A DNA stretch of 9,766 nucleotides from a virus (taxonomy: Duplodnaviria > Heunggongvirae > Uroviricota > Caudoviricetes). Location: the IMG/VR virus record IMGVR_UViG_2657244961_000006. The stretch is one strand, 5' to 3'. Both the position numbers and the translations under genes were made by a program. The first letter of the stretch is position 1. Each line of letters starts with the position of its first letter. Of the stretch, positions 1-6,326 are shown one piece after another. The notes beneath the pieces are model-generated. The model was not told the origin of the DNA. It did no database searches and saw nothing but the letters and a program-made list of their open reading frames with translations.

Positions 1-1239
1 ATGGGCAGCGCAATTCATAGACTTAGCGATACTTTTTTACGAAAATTAAGCGGATCACCAGCCACAAAAAACGCCTTTTTTAATGACGGTGGCAATCTTA
101 GCGTAAGACATTCCACCAGCGGCCTTTTAACCTGGTATTTCACTTACAGGGCCGGAACTGGTAGGCAGGTATCACCTGAACGTCTGAGGCTGGGCAATTA
201 TCCCGATCTGAGCCTGAAAGCAGCCAGGGAAAAAGCGGCACAGTGTCGCGCCTGGCTGGCGGAGGGGAAAAATCCACGCCATGAGCTTAATCACACAGTG
301 CAGGAAGCGTTATCACCTGTGACGGTTAAGGAAGCGCTCACTTACTGGCTTGAGTCGTATGCGAAGGAAAAGCGCACAGACTACGAATCTCTGAAGAGCC
401 GGATCAATAAACACATAATCAGCCAGATTGGCGCTATGCCGCTGGAGAAATGCGAGCTACGGCACTGGCTGGCCTGTTTTGATCAGATGGCAAAGCTAAG
501 CCCTGTATCTGCCGGATTTTTGCTACAGGTATGCAAGCAGGCGCTTAAATACTGCCGCAAACGTCGCTACGCAATCAGCAACGTTCTTGATGATATGGTT
601 GTCGGTGATGTGGGAAAAAAAGCAGAAGTGAGCGAGCGCGTACTAACAAACAAGGAGCTTGGGGAATTACTCCGCGCCCTGGATGACAAAATATTCCCGC
701 CGTACTACAGCGCCCTGATTCGCCTCCTGATTGTTTTTGGATGCCGTACCACTGAGCTAAGACGCTCTGAGGTGCAGGAGTGGGATTTTAAGGAAATGCT
801 CTGGACAGTGCCGAAGGAGCACAGCAAAACGAAGGTCGCCATATTCAGGCCAATACCGGAAAGCATTTTGCCGTTCGTCACGCAGCTGGTGGAGCAGAAC
901 CGACGCACGGGTTTATTGCTTGGTGAACTGAAAGGGCAATCTTCGGTAGCAGAGTACGGAAGAACAGCGCACAGGCGCATTAATCAAGCCCCCTGGTCGT
1001 TGCATGACATCCGGCACACATTTACAACCATGCTGAACGATTTAGGCGTGGATCCGCATATTGTCGAGCAGCTTACAGCCCACCAGATGCCAGGGATGCA
1101 ACGAGTCTATAACCACTCCCGCTATCTTGATGCAAAACGTGATGCTCTTAACCTATGGGTAGACCGTCTCGAGCTTCTCCAGAACAATGATGAAAAAATC
1201 GTTGTTATGACCCCGCGAATTTACCACCAAAATTCTTGA
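1..1239 (+). CDS. int: Tyrosine recombinase, P4-type integrase (412 aa)
   Basis: ORF 1-1239. N-terminal arm-binding-like region typical of P4-family integrases, and C-terminal catalytic motifs: R in TTELRRSE, H-x-x-R in HDIRHTF, Y in VYNHSRY. Starts at window position 1, so the true N-terminus could lie upstream. Confidence 0.9.
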   Translation: MGSAIHRLSDTFLRKLSGSPATKNAFFNDGGNLSVRHSTSGLLTWYFTYRAGTGRQVSPERLRLGNYPDLSLKAAREKAAQCRAWLAEGKNPRHELNHTVQEALSPVTVKEALTYWLESYAKEKRTDYESLKSRINKHIISQIGAMPLEKCELRHWLACFDQMAKLSPVSAGFLLQVCKQALKYCRKRRYAISNVLDDMVVGDVGKKAEVSERVLTNKELGELLRALDDKIFPPYYSALIRLLIVFGCRTTELRRSEVQEWDFKEMLWTVPKEHSKTKVAIFRPIPESILPFVTQLVEQNRRTGLLLGELKGQSSVAEYGRTAHRRINQAPWSLHDIRHTFTTMLNDLGVDPHIVEQLTAHQMPGMQRVYNHSRYLDAKRDALNLWVDRLELLQNNDEKIVVMTPRIYHQNS

Positions 1240-1243
1240 CAAA

Positions 1244-1280
1244 TCACGGCTGTTTTTTCTTTAAGAGATTACAGCCGTGA
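1244..1280. repeat. Perfect 10-bp inverted repeat (tcacggctgt / acagccgtga) with a 17-nt loop, 5 bp after the int stop; possible int terminator or protein-binding site
   Basis: Read directly from the sequence. No T-run follows the stem, so it is not a classical intrinsic terminator. Confidence 0.4.
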
Positions 1281-1291
1281 ATAAATCGTAG

Positions 1292-1320
1292 AATATCGGA
1301 AAATATCGGAAAATATCTTC
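1292..1320. repeat. Tandem 10-bp direct repeat aatatcggaa x2 plus a partial third copy, in the AT-rich region upstream of alpA
   Basis: gaatatcggaaaatatcggaaaatatcttc read directly; lies in the 420-bp AT-rich intergenic region between int and alpA. Confidence 0.5.
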
Positions 1321-1656
1321 GCTTTACATATATCAACCATCAAAAAATTGGAATGTCTTCTTCTGAACTTTTATTCTCTGTTTCTTGATTGTTCCAACAC
1401 TTGATGGTTTATCTATTTGTTTTTAATGAGATAATTCAAGCGTAATGACAAATGACGACATTTTTTGTTGCGTCTCTGAAAAACTCGTGACACGATTTTA
1501 AACACTGACGAGCTTCTACGAACCTTAGCGAACATAGCTTTTGGCAAGGTTGTGTCTTTAATCTAAGAGGTGAAAAAGAATCTAAGTAATATCCGATCTC
1601 ATATATCTACAGCTAAGAGAAAAGTTTATATACGTAATTTTTATGTAGGTTTTTGT

Positions 1657-1866
1657 ATGCGTGAAATAAATGAAGATCGCGTAATCCGTGAGGATGAATG
1701 TCGTAAGTTAACTGGAGTGTGTCGTACTACACGCTACGAACTGGAGAAAAAAGGGAGCTTTCCGTCTCGCCGTAATCTTGGTGGGCGTTCTGTAGGTTGG
1801 CTGCTGTCCGAGGTTATGGAATGGGTTAAAAGCCGGGATCGCATTAATTCAGGTAAGGCAGCGTAA
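1657..1866 (+). CDS. alpA: AlpA-family transcriptional regulator / excisionase-like protein (69 aa)
   Basis: In-frame ATG at 1657 inside ORF 1570-1866. Product MREINEDRVIREDECRKLTGVCRTTRYELEKKGSFPSRRNLGGRSVGWLLSEVMEWV has the AlpA/MerR-like HTH pattern (helix, GGR-x-VGW, E-x-x-EW). Size matches AlpA (~70 aa); the GTG at 1570 would give an atypical 98-aa form. Confidence 0.8.
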   Translation: MREINEDRVIREDECRKLTGVCRTTRYELEKKGSFPSRRNLGGRSVGWLLSEVMEWVKSRDRINSGKAA

Positions 1867-2174
1867 AGGGGAGCATATGACATATAAAACAAAGGCGACC
1901 TGGGGCGGTCGCCAATGGATACACACTAAACTTGAACGCATCACCAACAATGCCACATTTGCGGCTGGTGGGCAATGTGATCAGTCAGATTTGGTTCGTT
2001 CCAAGGTTTGCAACGAGAGCTTTTTCCTGTGCTCTTTAAGGAATTTCTCAAGAGCAAAAGCACATGGCGCGAATCTTTCTGATTCATGCTCTATCTTTCT
2101 GTGCCGTCTTTTCCGTGCTGGTGATAATGTTTTGGTCAATTCTTTATCGGTCATTGTGCTGCCCTGTAAAGCAA

Positions 2175-2202
2175 TGCGCCGTAGTACCTCACACCACGGC
2201 GC
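2175..2202 (-). terminator. Hairpin gcgccgt-N13-acggcgc just downstream of the minus-strand RHH gene; candidate terminator
   Basis: 7-bp GC-rich stem read directly, 13 nt past the stop of the 2215-2517 gene on the minus strand, followed by a modestly T-rich stretch on that strand. Confidence 0.4.
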
Positions 2203-2214
2203 GGATGGTGATTA

Positions 2215-2517
2215 TTATGATTCTTGGGCTTTACGTCGCTGGAGTTCTTCACGAGCGACGGCTACGAGTTGCCCGATTTCCTCCGCTGCCCTGATGCCTA
2301 TTTGTTCGACCTTAGCTAGGGCATCCAGTGAAGACACAAGGGGATTTTCTCCGCTGCCTTCTGCCTTGCGGCGGGCGATCTCACCACGAACGGCTGTAAT
2401 CACGAAAGCGGCTATTGTTTCCCCTTCCGTTTTCGAATTTTCCATTTCCTCGATTACATCATGGGGGAAGCGGATATTTTTCATTTGCGATCTGCTATTG
2501 ATGTTTCCTGTTGCCAT
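2215..2517 (-). CDS. Putative ribbon-helix-helix (Arc/CopG-like) DNA-binding regulator (100 aa), divergent from the replication operon
   Basis: ORF 2215-2517 on the minus strand. N-terminal KNIRFPHDVIEEME fits an RHH beta-strand followed by helices; balanced charged composition. The overlapping plus-strand frame is Ser/Cys-rich and low-complexity, typical of antisense. The start could instead be the internal Met 11 codons downstream. Confidence 0.6.
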   Translation of the reverse strand: MATGNINSRSQMKNIRFPHDVIEEMENSKTEGETIAAFVITAVRGEIARRKAEGSGENPLVSSLDALAKVEQIGIRAAEEIGQLVAVAREELQRRKAQES

Positions 2518-2538
2518 CAGAATGTCCGGTTATTTTAA

Positions 2539-2634
2539 GGTGTGTACACATTACACCAAAAGGTGTGTTAATAAAACACTTGACGCGGTAGCACACTTAA
2601 ATTTAACCTGTACATACACCAGTGATTGTGGTGT
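2539..2634. promoter_or_regulatory. Divergent control region with repeated GGTGT/ACACC half-sites forming dyad operator candidates
   Basis: Read directly: GGTGTgtacacattACACC (2539-2557, containing the 8-bp palindrome GTGTACAC), ACACCaaaaGGTGT (2553-2566), GTGTTaataaAACAC (2565-2579), ACACCagtgattgtGGTGT (2616-2634); a TTGACG -35-like hexamer at 2580-2585. Lies between the leftward RHH gene and the rightward Icd-like/primase operon. Confidence 0.5.
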
Positions 2635-2707
2635 ATATACAGCAACGCCCCGCAGTGCTGGAACACATGCAGGGCGTCTAACCAAACCGTTAAACGAGGT
2701 AACGATT

Positions 2708-2905
2708 ATGGCTGGAACACAGCATACCCCACGACTAGCGCACACACAAACGGCCTTTGTGTGGCGTTTTCTGGCACTGAGTGCCGGAGAATCCCAAATC
2801 ATCCACGTCACCGCCTGGACGGAAAGCGAAGCGCGTAACCATTGCCCGTCCGGTTGTGTCGCTGTATTCGCCGCCCGTATTCGTCAGGAGGTGCGCCATG
2901 CCTGA
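2708..2905 (+). CDS. Small Icd-like / Ash-family-like protein (65 aa), first gene of the rightward replication operon
   Basis: ATG at 2708 with a GAGGT Shine-Dalgarno ~10 nt upstream; this is the C-terminal 65 codons of the long ORF 1877-2905. Product MAGTQHTPRLAHTQTAFVWRFLALSAGESQIIHVTAWTESEARNHCP... resembles, from memory, the small Icd-like proteins annotated in P4-type prophages. Family assignment is unverified. Confidence 0.55.
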   Translation: MAGTQHTPRLAHTQTAFVWRFLALSAGESQIIHVTAWTESEARNHCPSGCVAVFAARIRQEVRHA

Positions 2906-3218
2906 TATGTCAAATTACCAGTACCTGATTAATCCGCATTTTAACTGTGAGCATGATATTGCTAAAAAGGTTTATTCCGCTGCGGATGGGGCTACTGACA
3001 ATATATCAATGGGTATTGCGTCAATTGGTAGCCTGATGTGGCATGCGTCAGAAAATGAGGACTATGACGAAAAGGCTATGCGCATTGATATGGGTAATAT
3101 CGGTTTGTTACTGGCAATGCTTGGACATTTTGATATTTCGTTACGGTGCACCATTGAAAATGCCACAGATGCATTAAATGCCATAAAGAAAGCGAATACT
3201 GATTCAAATCGGGGATAA
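2898..3218 (+). CDS. Hypothetical protein (106 aa)
   Basis: ATG at 2898 preceded by a strong SD (caGGAGGtg, 2885-2892) and overlapping the stop of the upstream gene; the ORF-track frame 2781-3218 extends further upstream but that part overlaps the Icd-like gene. Acidic product, no recognisable motif. Confidence 0.55.
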   Translation: MPDMSNYQYLINPHFNCEHDIAKKVYSAADGATDNISMGIASIGSLMWHASENEDYDEKAMRIDMGNIGLLLAMLGHFDISLRCTIENATDALNAIKKANTDSNRG

Positions 3219-3224
3219 ATAATC

Positions 3225-3524
3225 ATGAGAACGTATTTATCTGGCTTGACTGCCAGCGGTTATGCACATCCCAAAATTATCCCCGGCGCTATTTATCGGG
3301 ATAAGAACGGCAACAGAGTAACAGTAAAATCGATAATGTTTGACCGTGTGTACTTTATTCGTGATGGCTATTCATTTCATAGCTCGCTGAACGTGGAGAT
3401 CTTTATTTGCAGATTCCGGCGGGAAATCCCGCCTTCCAGAAATAACCATGTGTCACGTGTGGATGTGGATAAAAAACTACAGGAACTGAAAAACATGATT
3501 GCCGCGTGGAGAGAGCAGAAATGA
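3225..3524 (+). CDS. Hypothetical protein (99 aa), translationally coupled to the primase
   Basis: ORF 3225-3524 with a GGGGA SD upstream; its stop (TGA 3522-3524) overlaps the primase start (ATG 3521-3523) in an ATGA arrangement. Confidence 0.55.
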   Translation: MRTYLSGLTASGYAHPKIIPGAIYRDKNGNRVTVKSIMFDRVYFIRDGYSFHSSLNVEIFICRFRREIPPSRNNHVSRVDVDKKLQELKNMIAAWREQK

Positions 3525-5338
3525 AAAAAGCGCCAAATTTAAAACACCAACCGCGTGACAAAATGACGGAAGTCATCATTTTTGCGGGTAGTGATGCGTG
3601 GGCACATGCGAAGCAGTGGCAGGAACAGGACGGGCGACTGGCTGGCGATAACGTGCCACCTGTCTGGCTTGGAGAGCAACAACTTGCCGAACTGGACAAC
3701 CTGCAAATCGTACCGGACGGACGCTATCGCGTGCGTCTCTACCAGGCGGGGTTATTGCGTCCGGGGCTTGTTAATACCATCGGGCAGAAACTGGCAGCGG
3801 CAGGTGTCAGGGATGCTGATTATTACCCTGAAGGAATGCACAGCCAGAAACGGGAGAACTGGCGCGAATATCTGGAACGTGAACGGGCAGAGCAGGCGGA
3901 AAAGAAAAAGGTAGTTGAACTGCCTGTAAAGAAAAAAGAGCGGGTAAAAGACGATAACGCTTCATCACTGGCGCTTAACCAGATGGGAGCAAGTCAACGC
4001 GGCGAAGTTCTCCTGGCACATTATGGCGGTGAACTGGCGATTCATGCTGACTCTGACACTGTTCACCATTACAACGGCGTTGTATGGGAGCCAGTACAGG
4101 ATAAAGAATTACAGCGAGCTATGGCACAGATTTTCATTGATGCGGAGATCAGCTATTCGCAGAACGCCATTAAATCGGCGGTCGATACCATGAAGTTAAG
4201 TTTGCCTGTAATGGGGAATACAGCCCGTAACCTGATTGGATTCAGTAACGGGGTATTTGATACCAGAACAGGTAATTTTCGGGAGCATAACAAAAACGAC
4301 TGGTTGTTAATTGCCAGTGAATTACCTTTCAGCCCACCAGCAGAGGGGGAAACGCTGGCAACACATGCGCCGAATTTCTGGAAGTGGTTACGCCGTTCGG
4401 TGGCTGAGAATGACCGCAAGGCGGATCGCGTACTGGCTGCATTATTCATGGTGCTGGCGAACCGGTACGACTGGCAGTTATTCATTGAGGTAACAGGTCC
4501 AGGGGGAAGTGGTAAAAGCGTGATGGCGGAGATTTGCACCATGCTGGCGGGTAAGGCCAACACAGTATCGGCAAGCATGAAGGCGCTGGAAGATGCAAGG
4601 GAACGCGCGTTAGTGGTTGGCTTTTCGCTGATTATCATGCCGGATATGACCCGCTACGCTGGTGATGGGGCAGGAATTAAGGCCATTACAGGCGGTGACA
4701 AGGTGGCAATTGACCCGAAACACAAAGCCCCCTACTCAACGCGTATTCCGGCAGTAGTGCTGGCGGTTAACAATAACGCCATGTCATTCAGTGACCGCAG
4801 CGGGGGGATCTCACGTCGTCGGGTGATATTCAATTTTTCGGAAGTTGTACCGGAGAACGAACGCGATCCAATGCTGGCGGAAAAAATAGAAGGTGAGCTG
4901 GCGGTAGTGATTCGCCATCTGCTTACACGGTTTGCTGACCAGGACGAAGCCAGACGCCTGTTATATGAGCAGCAGAAATCTGAAGAAGCACTGGCGATAA
5001 AGCGAGAGGGGGATTCGCTGGTGGACTTCTGCGGCTATCTCATGGCGTCGGTAATGTGTGATGGCCTGTTAGTGGGTAATGCTGAAATTGTGCCATTCAG
5101 CCCACGCAGGTATCTCTATCATGCCTATCTGGCTTATATGAGGGCACATGGGTTTGGTAAACCTGTAACACTGACGCGCTTCGGTAAAGATATGCCGGGG
5201 GCAATGGCGGAATATGGCAGGGAGTATATGAAACGGAAAACGAAGCACGGTTTGCGTTCAAACGTGACACTGACGGAGGAATCAGAAGACTGGATGCCAT
5301 CATGTGTATCGGTCACTAATGACGATAGCAAAAATTAA
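3521..5338 (+). CDS. P4-family phage/plasmid primase with SF3-type helicase domain (605 aa)
   Basis: ATG at 3521 (GGAGAG SD 8 nt upstream) inside ORF 3506-5338. Walker A GPGGSGKS, Walker B-like VVGFSLIIMPD, D5-N / primase C-terminal-like central region. Immediately followed by the cognate-looking iteron array. Confidence 0.85.
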   Translation: MKKAPNLKHQPRDKMTEVIIFAGSDAWAHAKQWQEQDGRLAGDNVPPVWLGEQQLAELDNLQIVPDGRYRVRLYQAGLLRPGLVNTIGQKLAAAGVRDADYYPEGMHSQKRENWREYLERERAEQAEKKKVVELPVKKKERVKDDNASSLALNQMGASQRGEVLLAHYGGELAIHADSDTVHHYNGVVWEPVQDKELQRAMAQIFIDAEISYSQNAIKSAVDTMKLSLPVMGNTARNLIGFSNGVFDTRTGNFREHNKNDWLLIASELPFSPPAEGETLATHAPNFWKWLRRSVAENDRKADRVLAALFMVLANRYDWQLFIEVTGPGGSGKSVMAEICTMLAGKANTVSASMKALEDARERALVVGFSLIIMPDMTRYAGDGAGIKAITGGDKVAIDPKHKAPYSTRIPAVVLAVNNNAMSFSDRSGGISRRRVIFNFSEVVPENERDPMLAEKIEGELAVVIRHLLTRFADQDEARRLLYEQQKSEEALAIKREGDSLVDFCGYLMASVMCDGLLVGNAEIVPFSPRRYLYHAYLAYMRAHGFGKPVTLTRFGKDMPGAMAEYGREYMKRKTKHGLRSNVTLTEESEDWMPSCVSVTNDDSKN

Positions 5339-5352
5339 ACTTATGGAATAAC

Positions 5353-5581
5353 TGTTCACCACTGTTCACCCTGTCATAAATATCTTTTATATCAGTATAT
5401 TATAGGGTGAACAGTTATTTATGAACTGTTCACCAAACTATTCACTGTTCACCTTTTTGATTGTTTATTGAGCTTCAAGGGTGAACAGTGGTGAACAGTT
5501 GGTGAATAGTTTTTGTGAAACTGTTCACCCCTTAACATTATGAATTAAAAGAGAAAATATCAAAAGGTGAACAGGTGAAGG
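5353..5581. repeat. Replication-origin-like iteron array: about 9 perfect copies of TGTTCACC / GGTGAACA in both orientations plus degenerate copies, interspersed with AT-rich DNA
   Basis: Direct copies at 5353, 5363, 5427, 5446, 5522; inverted copies at 5406, 5480, 5490, 5566; degenerate ggtgaata at 5501. The octamer TGTTCACC matches, from memory, the type I iterons bound by P4 alpha protein at ori/crr. Confidence 0.8.
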
Positions 5582-5723
5582 GTTAAAACGCAAAAATTTT
5601 AATTTACTGCTGTGAGATAAAGCCTATGACAGCGAAGCACACCAAAACAACAGGCGGGGAATGATGATCCGTACGGGGATAACATACCGTTTTAAGCAAC
5701 GAGTAACAGAAGCCGGAGCAATC

Positions 5724-5804
5724 CGCCTTTTTTATGGGTCCTCCCGGTGGAGTGGTCTGCCACGGGGCGGGAGCGTCGCGGAAAAAGGCTGGTTTTTGCA
5801 TTTT
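5724..5804 (+). other. cos-like site A: ~80-bp element resembling the lambda cosQ-cosN junction, with candidate cohesive-end 12-mer GGGCGGGAGCGT (5765-5776)
   Basis: Ungapped match to the remembered lambda right-end/left-end junction (gggtcctttccggtg...acg GGGCGGCGACCT cgcggg). Here gggtcctcccggtgg...cacg GGGCGGGAGCGT cgcgg, conserving the flanks and 8 of 12 positions of the 12-mer. About 90 percent identical to element B. Confidence 0.6.
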
Positions 5805-5853
5805 CATGGCGGCGGCAGCATGTGTGATAATTTATTGATAATTAAAAGTTATT

Positions 5854-5951
5854 TCTGTTTTCACCTGTACAATATTTTTTTCTCCCTGTCATTAGACCAG
5901 TTTGCAATTAATTGAAATATATAAATAAATCTGTTTTTCACCTGCCAGGTG
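5854..5951 (+). repeat. Two direct repeats tctgtttt(t)cacctg (5854-5867, 5930-5944) plus palindrome CACCTGcCAGGTG (5939-5951) downstream of cos-like site A; candidate cosB-like terminase-binding sites
   Basis: Read directly. They loosely recall the lambda cosB R-site region (ctgtttttgtccgtgg, from memory). Confidence 0.4.
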
Positions 5952-5993
5952 GAGTTGCCTGTGTCAAAACGTGTTCAGATGGCGGGATATTTA

Positions 5994-6017
5994 TGCCGGA
6001 TTTTCTCCGGCTTTTTT
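5994..6017 (+). terminator. Rho-independent terminator (gccgga-ttttc-tccggc followed by TTTTTTGTG)
   Basis: 6-bp GC stem, 5-nt loop and T-run read directly. Sits between cos-like site A and the 6120 gene. Confidence 0.65.
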
Positions 6018-6119
6018 GTGTCTGAATCTCATTAATCTATTTTTATGATAGAAATATGTTTATCTACCACTTTTATCGATCAATAATGTGCACAGTTTAG
6101 TCAGTAAGAGGAAGTTACT

Positions 6120-6326
6120 GTGAGTTGTATTAATGACCTGAACACGGGCGATATCAGGGGTGGTTCCGTTCATCTGGATGCGCAGACCGTTATGCGCCTT
6201 AAGCAGTACAGGATCGACCATATAAATCATCATCCTGACAAACCATTACCAGGTGTGGCGCAGATTGTCAGACATGCCGTAAACACCTGGCTTAATCAGA
6301 ATGGTTTTGCATCGGTGGGGGAATAA
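6120..6326 (+). CDS. Small putative RHH-like DNA-binding protein (68 aa, GTG start), translationally coupled to the downstream protease/capsid-like gene
   Basis: Strong SD AAGAGGAAG (6105-6113) about 6 nt before GTG 6120; stop TAA overlaps the next ATG (TAATG at 6324-6328). Product contains a beta-strand-like GGSVHLDAQTV followed by helical segments. Confidence 0.5.
   Translation: MSCINDLNTGDIRGGSVHLDAQTVMRLKQYRIDHINHHPDKPLPGVAQIVRHAVNTWLNQNGFASVGE

Noticed and set aside
705-980. 91-aa minus-strand ORF inside int
   Set aside because: Antisense to the integrase catalytic region; Cys/Ser-rich; no independent support.
1570-1866. 98-aa version of the alpA ORF starting at GTG 1570
   Set aside because: AlpA-family proteins are ~70 aa. 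The internal ATG at 1657 gives the expected size, and the extra N-terminal 29 residues look like translated AT-rich leader.
2064-2294. 76-aa hydrophobic plus-strand ORF
   Set aside because: No ribosome-binding site; it overlaps the 3' end of the minus-strand RHH gene and a hairpin. Treated as spurious, though a small membrane peptide is not excluded.
1877-2905. 342-aa plus-strand ORF with a plausible SD at its ATG
   Set aside because: It is a composite: antisense to the better-looking RHH gene (2215-2517), running through the palindrome-rich intergenic region, and only its last 65 codons (the Icd-like gene) look protein-like. The N-terminal 275 residues are Ser/Cys-rich and low-complexity. 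The length of the open frame is unusual, so a real small gene in 1877-2214 cannot be fully excluded.
4153-4638. 161-aa minus-strand ORF inside the primase gene
   Set aside because: Entirely antisense to a well-supported CDS with Walker motifs; low-complexity composition.
5353-5581. Possible CRISPR array, because of the many short repeats
   Set aside because: Repeats are only 8 bp, occur in both orientations with irregular spacing, and lack spacer-sized unique intervals. This is the pattern of origin iterons, not CRISPR.
5604-5807. 67-aa minus-strand ORF sharing its N-terminus (MQKxAFFRxAPAPWQ...) with the 8918-9121 minus-strand ORF
   Set aside because: The shared peptide is a by-product of the ~80-bp cos-like nucleotide repeat. 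Similarity stops where the DNA repeat stops, and the two ORFs diverge completely afterwards.
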